The notes under the pieces are model-generated. The model worked only from the letters and a program-made list of their open reading frames with translations. It was not told the origin of the DNA and made no database searches. DNA of 64,000 nt from Octopus sinensis (taxonomy: Eukaryota): positions 1 to 64,000 of the forward strand of contig NW_021833303.1 in NCBI RefSeq assembly GCF_006345805.1. The letters run 5' to 3'. Positions within the stretch are counted from its first letter, which is position 1. Every line of letters begins with the position of its first letter. Made by a program: the position numbers and the translations under genes. Below are positions 52,160-64,000 of this stretch, one piece after another.

Positions 52160-54158
52160 TGTGTTTGTGTTTGTGTGTGTGCGTGCGTGTATGTGTGCGC
52201 ACGCGAGCGTGCGTATGTATTGATACGTATATACATGTGCATATATGTATAGAATATGTGCGTGTGTATACATATATATACATGTATGTGCGCGCACGCG
52301 TGTGTGTGTGTGTGTGTGTGTAATAGGTCATAAATATATTTCTTCCTGTTCTTTAAATTTACCATTCTTTTCAAAAGAGAATGTGCATTGTGCACGAAAC
52401 TGAATCCAGGGCAGCATGAACGTGTGACAGAATCTGTTGAAGACTATTCGCCACTTAGTAGATTTATGATAGTCAACGAATATCTTCTTAATGTTACAGT
52501 CTTAAAAGAAAGAGCAATTGGTGCTGCAGCTGGCTTTTCTGGCGATCCATATGTCTGCACAGGAATAGATCATGGAAAAAAAATCGCTGTTGTTGAAAAA
52601 TCAGTTTTGGGGTATATTTTTTATTTTAATTTTATTGAAGTGCAATACTTAAGTTAATCGTAGCACTTGTCGCTTAAATATGAATTTTGGCACGGGGATG
52701 TTGAATGAGGGTGTAGCTCGGAAAGTGTGTATCTCGATGGGAAGCTAGCAATACACACATGCTATCAATATGTTTAAGCGTATATTTTGTTTACACCACT
52801 AACATAGATAAGCCTGTGCTGTATAGTAAGAGATTATTAAAACCTAATCTATGTTATTTTGGAAAAGCTATAATTTCTAATAATGTATATTTAAAAGAAA
52901 ATCTGTCGCCCATCTGTACATTTGAACGGTTTGCTTCGTCATATTTATTCCAGTTACTGTTCATTAAACGATAGACAATCACTTTTTCTGCCTTTCACTG
53001 TCACCAGCCAGTGAAAAGAGTAAAAGAAAGAAAAAACCCTCCCCTTCTAAAAAAAATAAATTGTACGCTAAAGGAAGTCGAGTAGACACGCCATCTCTGC
53101 CCCAAGACAACTTAAGTGGCGAAGTCATCCGAAAGACCGGTTATACATCCTCTTCAAGATAGTGAAAGAAATAAAATGAGAAACGAATTCTATGCTAATT
53201 AATGAGGAGGTGGAAATAGTTCAAAAGACACTTCATTCTTTTATCTTTTATTCAAAAGGTAAGACAGAGTCAATGGCCCTTTACAGGGCCTTCGACACTG
53301 GTGAAAGAGATGGAGAGAGAGACGGTGGGGTATCCTCAAACCAGAGACGGTCCCTGGATGTTTGCAACAGAGTAAACTCCACAAAAGACATCCACGGTGT
53401 CACGTGCTGGTGTAAAACCAGACAACAGATTACGTCTATGTTTCTTGAACAACACCATTACCAGGCGTAAAGCAACTGGTGGCAGTCCGAATCACAGACC
53501 ATAAGGTGGAAATATTTTGTAAAGAAATCTAAATGTAAAACATTAAAATTTTTGTTTTCTACTTTTCATCGTGTTTGAAACAACATACTAAAACTTTTTG
53601 AAAAGACGATGTTTTTAAGAAATAAGGAATTTTGATGACCAATGTTGTAATGAAGATTCATTCTGCATTATCGCTACGAAAGATGAGAGAGAAAATGTGA
53701 GTGTGAGGGGGTGAGAGAGGGAGAAAAGTTAGATTGAAAGTGAGAGAATGAGAGATGTGAAGAGAGCGAGAGAAAATGAGAGAGAAACTGAAAAAGAAGT
53801 AAAACATTGATGTCATAAACGGGTAGACTTGCCGCATCTCCTACTCTACCACTACTCCGATATAACTATCTGTTTTTCAACATCGCCTTTTTCTTGAATC
53901 TTCCTTATTTTACTCCAAAGGAATCTTGGATTTCAGCTTTCTTTTCTTTATATACTATTGTGGAACGATATTTGAATTTGTGTGCAAATTTTTGGGAAAT
54001 TTCGTTTAGAAATGACGCTCATGTTTCAACCAAACATCGACTTTATACACAGACAGACACACACACACACACATACACACACATACACACACATACACGC
54101 ACGCACACGCACACACACACACGCACACGCACACACACACGCACACACACGCACGCAC

Positions 54159-54194
<36 letters not shown>

Positions 54195-54199
54195 ATATA

Positions 54200-54380
54200 G
54201 TTGAAATTTATAAAAATCAAAAGACGAAGACAGGTGTATGAACAAGCGTTTTAATTTGACGCTCGACAAAAGTGAAAAAGCCTTTTACGTTTCGAGCCTG
54301 CACTCTTCAAAAGAAAGGAATAAGAAGAAATAAATAAACAGGAAGAGAATGAAAAAAACTTGTAGAGTTCAGCAATTCAG
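54200..54380 (-). mobile_element. Penelope-like pLTR (family P2) with degenerate hammerhead core
   Basis: 54282-54317 minus: CTTT-CTTTTGA-AGAGT-GCAG-GCTC-GAAAC-GTA-AAAG. Confidence 0.55.
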
Positions 54381-54404
54381 TATATAAGTATATATATATA
54401 TATT

Positions 54405-54525
54405 ATTTTATTCTTTTACTTGTTTCCGTCATTTGACTGCGGCCATGCTGGAGCACCGCCTTAAGTCGAGCAAATCGACCCCAGGACTTATTCTTTTGTA
54501 AGCCTAGTACTTATTCTATCGGTTT
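54405..54525 (-). mobile_element. Family C SINE, 3' part
   Basis: gtcatttgactgcggccatgctggagcaccgcc...gtaagcctagtacttattctatcgg. Confidence 0.85.
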
Positions 54526-54584
54526 CTAGCCCTATAAGAGATCTAAATATCCTCATAGTGACTATGTGTGTATGTGTGTGTGTG

Positions 54585-54790
54585 GTTAATCAAAAAAAAA
54601 ACTAAGAAAAAGACAAGAAAAACAACAACGCGAGGATATAGTACATGGAAAGTGTTAAAAGACGCTCAAGGAAGGAAAGAAAGGGTGTTTTACGTTTCGA
54701 GCAAAACTCTTCTTCAGAAACAGGAGACAGAGGAAAGTCCAATAGGAAAGGAAGACGGAGGAAAACAAAATCGCTAACGATTCACATGTG
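54585..54790 (-). mobile_element. Penelope-like pLTR (P1-related)
   Basis: acaacaacgcgagga...gacgctcaaggaagg shared with 35492-35662. Confidence 0.65.
54687..54721 (-). ncRNA. Minimal type I hammerhead ribozyme, intact core, GUA cleavage triplet
   Basis: GTTT-CTGAAGA-A-GAGT-TTT-GCTC-GAAAC-GTA-AAAC. Confidence 0.72.
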
Positions 54791-55036
54791 GTTACATTTA
54801 TATATATATATACATATATAGATATAGATATATAGTGAAAAGTATGATAAACACGATGAAATATATATCATTTATTCCATACATAATCTAATTATACACA
54901 CAAGAATTTGTATGTATATTTTCGTTTGTCTGTTTATCTGTTTGCCATCAATTTTCGAAATATGATCTGCTCTGTCATTTCCTCTTCTAAATTCGATCTT
55001 GTCTACCGTTTTATTTTCGTTCATTTTCATGTTTAG

Positions 55037-55060
55037 ATATGTTGGAACCTATTTTGAACG
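55037..55060 (+). other. Candidate 24-nt microexon
   Basis: ttttattttcgttcattttcatgtttag|ATATGTTGGAACCTATTTTGAACG|gtgagt; two frames open. Splice signals only. Confidence 0.3.
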
Positions 55061-56320
55061 GTGAGTCTTTCTGTGGGTCTTCTTTTTGATTGGCTCTGTA
55101 ACGTCTTTAAATCCATCTCAAAAATTTCCTCTGGACAAACATTTAACACAAAAATATTTGAATAATCCTTCATCTCAAATGTTAATACCTATATACAATG
55201 AGTGCAGGGATGTTTTTTTTTTATGGGTTAGTAAATCGTATTGCACTTTTAGAAAGCATAACTTGATATATATTGTTTTTCGTAGTGCTATAAATCTCAG
55301 TTATGTTTGTTTACTTTACCAGTTCATATCTGCTTTCGTCTTTTCCTTCCTTTTGCATACATTTTCAACATTATTTATTCGTTATTGCACGTGCTTCTAT
55401 TTTTTGTTCACATTTGTTTTGCTTTCTATAACCGTATTTTCCCCCCCCCCCCATCTCTCTCTCTCACTCTCTCTCTATCTCTCTCTCAAATTCTGACCGT
55501 CAATTCTGCTGTATCTTACCACAAAATAGTTCATCTCTCTCTCAGTCTCTCTCTCGCTCCACTTCCTGTTTGATTCCACGATCTCGTCTTTTTCCTTCTA
55601 CTGTCTTACTCTCCAGTTTCATTCCCCTCATCCCCACCTTTTTGCTACTTTTTGCGCTCCCAGCCAAACGACATTCTCCATATTTTCCTCAGCGATTAGT
55701 TTTCCACACTTTCGTCTCGTCCAAGTCGTAACGCTATTCACATCTCTCGCTTGTCGCTTTTCAGTCTAAACACTCTTTGCATTTTTTATTTGTGTCCTGT
55801 CTGCGTCTTTTTCCATAATACTTATCCCTTGTAGCCTCTAGTCTTAGCTACTAAACACCGCAAAACATTTTGGGGTCACGTCAGTTCGGGTTCGAAATGT
55901 TTTTGACGTCTGATGAAGGATCAGTTTTCTTTTGTTTAGCATTTGGTTTTTGTATATATTGCATTTTTTGTCTATTTTACCTCCATCTTGTTTTATGACG
56001 TCTAATTGTTATTGTTTTTCTCTCCTTTCTCTCTAAACTCTTGCCGAAAGACATTTTCTCGACTTTCGTTTTTCCTTCTCAAATTATGCTTTGTTTATTT
56101 TGCTAACACATATCTGGTTTCGTCTCTTTCTGCAGATATTTTTCACATTATAGATATACATACATGCATATGTACATACACATATATACATTATATCATA
56201 TATTATATCATATTATATATATTATATCATATATCATATTATATATATACATTATATTATATTATATATATTATATTATATATATATTATATCATATATT
56301 ATATGTATGTATATATTTAC

Positions 56321-56410
<90 letters not shown>

Positions 56411-57868
56411 CATTTTCTGAAAGATATATTTTAAATTATGCTTTCGAAAATTATAGTCCACAGAGCCAAATAAGCAAAATAAATATTTTCTCAAAAATAC
56501 AACCAATGAAAAAACAAATTAGACATACCAACTTGCAAGCTTAAAGAGTAATATTTACAGTTTATGCAAGGGGAAAACATAAAGAAGAACAACGTTGGAA
56601 ATATCAATTCTGATGTAGAAAACAATACAAACAGCAACGAAGACAACACCGACAATAGCAATTACAACAACATTTTTTATCATTTACAAAAAGAAATTAC
56701 TTGACTTGAGCCGGGTAAAAAAAAAAGTAGGGATGAAAAAGGTATATCACAAAAGACTGTGATCTTAAAAACTTGATCTTAAAATACATAATGAAGAAGA
56801 AACAGTCTGTAAGGGTGCGGGTATTTTGGGGCTCGTCAAACACAGAGGGTTAGGGTTAAGGTCACTTTTGGATGTACCGGGTGCAAGGGTGAAGAATATA
56901 AGACAGTGGGGGCCGTGGCCGAGTTGGCCTTATTCGTTTTGTTTGTATTACTAGTTCAATTATACGTATGTGTGTGTATGCTTGCAGTTTTATACACAGA
57001 CACACACATATACAGATATGTATGTGTGTGCATGTGTGCGTGTATTTATTATGTATTTATGTATATGTTATTGTTTAATGACTGGTTGAGTTATTCAGCG
57101 GCTCGCCGTAGATATTATGTGTGTGTGTGTGTGTGTGTGTCTGTGTCTGTGTGTCTGTGTCTGTGTGAGTGTGTGTGTGTATGCAATGTAATATATATAC
57201 GCGAATTTCCTTATTTCCGTAATTTAAAAACTTGATCTTAAAATACATAAAGCAAATTTGCATTTCTAAATGAAATAATTGATGATTGTCTTCTTATGAG
57301 TGATTCTGAACCAGTTTTTTTTATGTTGATTCCAAATATGTTTTTAGTTTTTTGGGGTTTTTTTCCTATCACATACAAATTTTGCACAAATGGCTATCAA
57401 AGATATAATGATTTTTCTTGTCATTCATTCTCTTTTGTGGCAGACTTTTAGTTAAAATTATGATGAAATTAAGAACAAATGACTAGAACGATGTGTGACA
57501 CACTTTGTGTGGAACCCAAGGTTTGTCTTCATCACCGAGTTTAACACCAAAATAAGTGAAGTATAGATTTTTTTTTACAAGATCGGTTATATTTTGTCTC
57601 TGCTTAACGACGACGTACCTGCTACAAATGTAGCAGAATATGCTCGGATTATTCTCGCACTGACGTCTATATGTACTCGTTTTAAATGGAGTTTATACGC
57701 AAATACCACCAATGACTGACCGAACACTAAAGCATCAGTTACCAATCGTATACACAGCTTCTGAAGGTCGCGTCGTCTGTTGGAGTTGCCAACGACTTTA
57801 ATAAGCTTGACACTGGTTGTTATTTTACCTTTATTAATATTAGGTCAGCATTGGTTTATAGCAATCTA

Positions 57869-58434
57869 TTGGGTTGTCCGGAAAGTTCGTGCCGATTCTT
57901 AAAGGAAAGAAAAAGGTCAATAAATACTTGCCATTACATTTTTAATCAACCAAATATGAACCATTTTGTTGCACAATGTGTCTCCATCTTTCCTCTAACT
58001 TGAAAATACCCTCTTCCCAGAATTGAGGTGGTTTCATGGCAAAGAATTCATCAAGGTATCTTTTTATGTCATCCAAGGAATTGAAATTTTTACCATTAAG
58101 ACTATTCTGCAGAGACCTGAATAAGTGGAAATCCGAAGGAGCAATATCTGGTGAATATGGAGGGTGGGGTAACACATCCCAGAAGAGCTGCAGCAATTTT
58201 TGTCTGGTTCCCAAAGCATCAAGTGCCGAAAATGAACTTTCTTATCTTCCATTTTAAAGGGTTACAGAATTAACACAGGTTATATGAACATAAACCTTCT
58301 TCCACGAAAAGATAGCTTAAACTGTGCTCTAAATGGAGGTGTAGTCAAATCCTATTTTATGGACTCAACCATGTTCTAAAATAAGTCGAAAGGTAAGTTA
58401 CTATAAATCGGCACGAACTTTCTGGACAACCCAG
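57869..58434 (-). mobile_element. Internally deleted mariner (mellifera-like)
   Basis: ~29-bp TIR ttgggttgtccggaaagttcgtgccgatt, TA at 57867-68 and 58435-36; MEDKKVHFRHLML joined to ...HPPYSPDIAPSDFHLFRSLQNSLNGKNF...QNGSY. Confidence 0.93.
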
Positions 58435-58658
58435 TATTTTGTTGAGCAAAATAAATCAGATGATCACTGTCATCCTATTCTCTGATACCGTAATACTGAA
58501 GAAGAAAAGCTTTATTACTGCAACACTAGACAAGTGATGGAGAAAAACTAATCACAGATCTGAAATCAGCGTAAAAAATTGCTTTAAAAAGTTATGGAGA
58601 CATTTAAACATCAAAGATCGTGCAGACTTGTGTCATATAGAACTTCCTTTGCCCTTTT

Positions 58659-58697
<39 letters not shown>

Positions 58698-58814
58698 TTT
58701 TACATTGATTCGTCTGTACATCTCCGCACGTTATGGCAACATCTTTTGTAATACCGCATTATGTGTTTGAATTGGCCCTGGAGACAAAACAAAATGTGAG
58801 ATTATTATCATTAA

Positions 58815-60965
58815 AATCGTATTAAATGAGTCGGGACTGCCTTGTGGTATTGGTTCTGGCTCTTTACATTTTAAGTGGAAATTCGGCCGAGATCAACTTC
58901 GTCTTTCACTTTTTGAGCTCGATAAAGCACGGTAGCGGTCAAGCACTGGATCGGATTTGAAAGACCAAACACTTTCTCTTCAAATTTCTGTCCTTGAACC
59001 TGTTTAGAAATAAAGACAGTTGATTGATAGAATTGTGGGAGTTAGACAAAAACCTGGTTGTATTTGTCCCGCTTATGTTCTGAGTTCAAATCTCACGGCA
59101 ATCAAAGCTGTTTTAATTAAAGCATAAAAATGAATAAAGTACCAGTCAAGTATTGGGGTTGATGTGATAGATTAATCCCCACCCTCGTCTTTCAGGCCTT
59201 TTGCCTATAACAGAAATAATTATTAATGTGTAAAAAAAAAAAGCAGACAGAAAAGCGAATATGTGTGTGTAGATGTGAATGCGTGAGTGTATATGTGTGT
59301 GTGTGTGTATCAATTACGAAGGGAAAACAAACGAAAGTCAGAGATAAAACAGGTATTTGTGTTCTGGCTGTGATAAAAATCTTTTAATAAGAAAAGAGAT
59401 GAGTTCGTTTGCTCTGTAGATGATTAGTCATGTTGAAAAGTGAAAATTTGCTCCTTCTATCTGATACACAAAAATACGTGCTCGGATGAAAGATTCGAGT
59501 AATTGAGGGGGGAAATAGCCGTCCCAATGTAAAACTAAAATATACTTCTAACATGGCGGCGCATTTCTAGAAGAGGTGTGACAACTCAATTATGTTAACC
59601 ATGACTCTGTACCAGATCTTTTGGTTTATCGCATCTCGACATGTGAAAACCAATCTTCACCTCGACAAGAATTTTAAAGAATGCAGCTAAATATCGCAAA
59701 GTATTTTCTGTTATTTTTTCTACAGCTTCCGCCTTGTCCCTGTCCTGTGAAATCGCTCCTGATTTAGGCACAAGGACTGATTTAAGGGAAAGAGGTTAGT
59801 CGATTTCATCGACACCAGTAAGTGACTGATACTTTAACGATCTTGAAACGAGTAAAGACAAAGTTAAACTCGGCGGGATTCGAACGCACAGTATGGACAA
59901 TCCTGAACGAATTCCTCAAAGCATTTTTCGACTTATCGGCGTGGATAAAAATAAAGTACCAGTCACGTACTGAGGACGATGTAATCGATTAACCCCCTTC
60001 CCTCAAAATTACTGACTTTCTGCCCTAAATCAAAATCCTTTATTTTTTTCTATTCAAGACACAATACTCGAAATTGTCGGGGAAGGAATCAGTCGATTAG
60101 ATCGACCCCAGTACACAACTGGTACTTAATTTATCGACCCCGATGGAATTTAAACTCAGAACCTAAAGAGAGACGAAATGCCGCTATTTCGCCCAACGTG
60201 CTAACGTTTCTGCCAGCTTGCTGCCTTAATCGTTTTCTACTGTAGGCACAAGGCCCGAAGTTTAGGGGGAGGGGGTCCAGTCGAGTAGATCAGCCTCAGT
60301 ACACAACTGGTACTTAATTTATCGACCCTGAAAGGATGAAAGGCAAAGTCGACCTCGGCGGAATTTGAACTCAGAACGTAGCGGCAGACGGAAAAAGCCT
60401 TTATTATTCTGTTATACTAAGGGCGATGGATTATGAGAATTGTTAAAGCGTCGTAAAAATGTCTTATGGCATTTGTTGTGGATCTTTATGTTCTGAGTTC
60501 AAATCTAACCGAGGTCAGTTTTGCCCTCTATTCTTTCGATATCGATAAAGTATTAGTAAAGTATTTTGTAGATTTAATCGACTAATCTCTTTCCCAAAAG
60601 TTTCTGACTTTGTTCCTACGTTAAAAACAATTATTTAATTACCCTTATTTTCAATATTCGTTGCAAGTTTTGAAAGCGGTGAGCTGGCAGAATGGTTAGC
60701 ACTCATGGGAAAATTGCTTCGCAGTATTTCGTCTGTTCAAATTCCTCCGATGTCCACTTTACCTTTTTATCCTTTCGGGTCGATAAGATAAATCCCAGTT
60801 GGGCGTGGGGATCTATGTAATCGACTTATCCCCTCCCCCGAACCTGCTAGCCTTGTGCCAAAATTCGAAACCAATATTTAAAGAACACGAGCAGGCGGAA
60901 TCGTCAGCACGCCGTCTGGGGAAAATGCTTAGCAGCATTTCGTCTGTCTTTACATTCGTTCCAGG
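58815..60965. mobile_element. Cluster of about 6-8 degenerate family A SINEs on both strands
   Basis: Repeated ctgagttcaaa / gatgaaaggcaaagtcgacc / aagtaccagt motifs; best-preserved copies at 60050-60400 (minus) and 60680-60960 (plus). Confidence 0.75.
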
Positions 60966-61091
60966 TAGTCTGGAATACGAGTAAGTTTTTATCCACCCTA
61001 AATTGTGAATAGTTCGATTTGAAACTGGATATATTTTTACGGAGCGAAGTTTCTTGCGCTTTTAAACAAAATGAATTCCATAGAAATATAA

Positions 61092-61483
61092 ATAACTAGC
61101 AGTATCGCCCGGCGTTGCTCGGGTTTGTTTCGACCCTTTAGAATTGGAATTTTTGAAAAGTATAAATTTTGCATTATGTAGCTTGTTATTCTCTTTAAGT
61201 GAACATTTTTCTGGTTGAAATACACCGAAAAATGGCGACACAGCAGTCAAAAAATCGTAAAAAAATAGGTATTTTCATAGAAAAAAAGCACCTTTTTGAT
61301 GTAAATAATTTTTGGTGTTAACATGGTTCGATTTGAATATTTTGTTCTACGGAAGGAAGAGCAAGCCTTCTTCTATCATACTCTCAATTTTGGTCAACTT
61401 GCGTCGCAGGGTCTCGGAGGAGATAGTTGAAGGCTACCAAACCTGCCATATACAGACAACTTCAGCTTTATATATAGAGAGAT
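61092..61483 (+). mobile_element. Helitron-like (Lep1/HINE-type) non-autonomous element
   Basis: 5' aACTAGc...CCCGgcgttgctCGGG hairpin; 3' ...cagacaacttcagctttatatatagagagat; no target duplication. Confidence 0.7.
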
Positions 61484-62402
61484 TGTATCTAACATCTTAT
61501 AAGAAACTGGTTTTAGTGAATGCTGTCGAATTGTAGGAGCAAATTCAATGGCGAGATGACTCAGCTTTTTCACTTCACCTGCATGAATAAGGGACTTGTG
61601 AAAAGCAGAAATGTTACAAGTTTTTAATTCTCTCCGTCTCATTGTTCATTCTGATTTCTGCTCTACATAGAAAAAAAAACTTCTTTATTTACTCAATCTT
61701 AAGATGTTGTTACATGCTATATCACGTTTATTCTCGGTGTATTTAAAGTCAAGTCAGGCGAATAGAAATACATTCACCGTCAGAGGTCGTTCTCGTCGAC
61801 CAAACGTTCTCATACATTTTCACTTTGTTGTTAATTTTTAAACAAAAAGAAAATCTTAAAGCCAAGATTATTTTTCTTTTTTTTTTCCTAATCGTTATCT
61901 TACATGCGTTAAATTACTTTATCCACTTATTTTTTTATTCCTTAATTTATTCGATATTTTTCTTTTTCTTTAAAATGAAAGATGTTTGTCTTAGAGAAAC
62001 ATTAAGATAAGAGCTTCTGTGAAGAGGCTGTTGAGTGATACAATCATTCTCAAGACTCTTAGAAGTAAAATTTTTTCAAATAATTGTTTGCAATCACTTC
62101 AGTGTCATTTAGTACAAAACACTTGATAGTTTTCATACCTTTTCCAATACGAAAACCATAAGACTATAGACGCATATGAATGTGTGTATGCATATCTCTG
62201 TGTGTGTGTGTGTGTGTGGTGTGTGTGTGTGTGTGTGTAGCAATGAACAAGCTTCATTTATTTTAATAACATTTCTAGGATCTTTTCGGTTTGAACGGCA
62301 GTTTTTTTAAAATAACCATAACTTACTGGTTTCACAAGAAGAAACTGATAGAATAAGTACCAGGCTTATCAAAATATAAAAAAGCTCTACGCAGTGTCTC
62401 AT

Positions 62403-62449
<47 letters not shown>

Positions 62450-62526
62450 ATATATATATGGATTTCGTAGGCAGGAACTGAAACAAATCGATCGTATATA
62501 TATGTGTGTATATATGTAAGTGTATA

Positions 62527-63350
62527 TGTTTTGGTATTCGCGACATGAATGACAATGGTCAGAGACTACTTGAATTTTGCACATACCATAACCTGTGCAT
62601 CACCAACACACTCTTTGCCAACAAGACATCCCACAAGGCATCTTGGAGACATCCAATATCTCACCACTGGCATCAGCTGGATCTCATCATTACACGAAGA
62701 TCCTTTCTGAATTCTGTTCAACTGACCCATAGTTACCACAGCGTGGATTGTGACACAGATCATTTACTAATAAGAAGCAGGGTGAGGATTCTGCCTAAAA
62801 AAGTCCATCACTCCAAGAAAATGGGCCGACCACGCATTAACACTGCCAGAACCTCCGACCCTCCACTTCGACAATGTTTTGCTGTTTCTATCAAAGTTAC
62901 CCTCAGTAGCTGCCCAACCTCCTCTGCTGAAAGTAGGTGGAATTATATCAGGGAAGCTTTGTATACCACATCAATAGATACTTTCGGCATGAGAGAAAGG
63001 CAAAATCCAGATTGGTTCAGTGCTGGGCTCTCAGAGCTGGAAACAGTTATCGAAGCAAAGCGTGCAGCTTCGATGCAATACAAGAGTGATTCTTCTACAA
63101 AGTCACTCGAAGAACTCAGAAAGGCAAGAAATAAAACCCAACTGACTGCCAGACGCTGTGAAAATAGGTATTGACAGGAAATCTGTCAGAGTATCCAGTC
63201 AGCTGCTGACAGTGGCGACACCCGTGGGATGTATGCCGGTTTGAAGAAGGCCCTCGGTCCATCCGCAACCAAGTCAACCCCTCTAAAGTCAACGACTGGA
63301 GATCTCATCAAGGACAACAGCAAGCTAATGGATAGATGGGTGGAGTACTA
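62527..63350 (+). mobile_element. RTE (BovB-like) LINE fragment: APE C-terminus and linker
   Basis: NDNGQRLLEFC...ITNT.F...SWRHP.S.HWHQLDLII...DCDTDH...PDWF...RWVEYY; one in-frame stop. Confidence 0.92.
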
Positions 63351-64000
63351 CCCAAGAAACTATTACAGCACTAAATATGGAAGAGTTTTGCCTCATCCTG
63401 CTTATTCATCCTGACTCTCGGTCTACTGACTGTCATTTTTTCAAACCACTGCTACATTATTTAGAGAGAAACAATTAATTGCGAAGGGGTTAAAAATTAT
63501 ATTGAATGTTTCGAAACCTGAAAAATTTTACGCCCGGGGAGTCAACAATTTGCCAAATTGGATTATGTTATTAATGATGAGGGGAATTTTTTTTTCTTGA
63601 TTAAATATATCAATTAAGACCAAAGAAGCATTTAATTCTTCTTCATCTTGGAATAAGACAGGACTTTCTTTTCGGCCTAACAATAGTAATTCTGTTTTAT
63701 TACTGCTGCCATCTTTACCGAAAAAAAGGTGCTTCCTGCGTTTCCCCAAAGATGATACGTAGTTTGTCTCTTTACTGGGCTTATATTAACAGTAAAATTA
63801 TTAGGGGACAGTATATGTTACACGAACGGAATTAATAGTTCCCTACTACCACACCAAAGCCATGTTCTTTATAACGAATGTATGTATATATGCACCTGTG
63901 TGTATGTATGTATGTATATATGTATGTATGTACGTATGTATGTATGTATGCATGTATGTATGTATGCATGTATGTATGTATGCATGTATGTATGTATGTA

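Noticed and set aside
52388-52657. 89-aa ORF with a protein-like middle
   Set aside because: Both strands read plausibly, donor is weak, no motif recognised.
56846-56860. TTAGGG telomere-like seed (also near 10735)
   Set aside because: Two units only; not an interstitial telomeric array.

Overview
AT-rich, microsatellite-saturated eukaryotic DNA, most likely an octopus genome (inferred from the characteristic tRNA-derived SINE families), from an intergenic region or a very long intron. No intact, recognisable host protein-coding gene is present. Almost all ORFs in the supplied track are microsatellite translations or decayed transposon fragments. The window contains: (i) a full-length but frameshifted Tx1-clade LINE (18993-25359, minus) between two (GATA)n tracts; (ii) a decayed hAT transposon, three internally deleted mariners, a Chapaev3-like fragment, a fold-back MITE and Helitron-like non-autonomous elements; (iii) R4/Dong-like, CR1-like and RTE LINE fragments; (iv) roughly 25-30 SINE copies of at least four families; (v) several ORF-less Penelope-like pseudo-LTR (pLTR) pieces from four sequence families carrying minimal type I hammerhead ribozyme motifs (four with an intact core), three of them arranged as fold-back inverted repeats. 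The most notable patterns are the hammerhead/pLTR set, the apparent use of a different microsatellite by each retroelement group (Tx1 in GATA, R4/Dong in TAA, pLTRs in TA), and a recurrent SINE tandem junction. A few small candidate plus-strand exons (24, 48, 51 nt) are weakly supported. Families were assigned from remembered protein and RNA motifs, not database searches, and boundaries of decayed elements are approximate.
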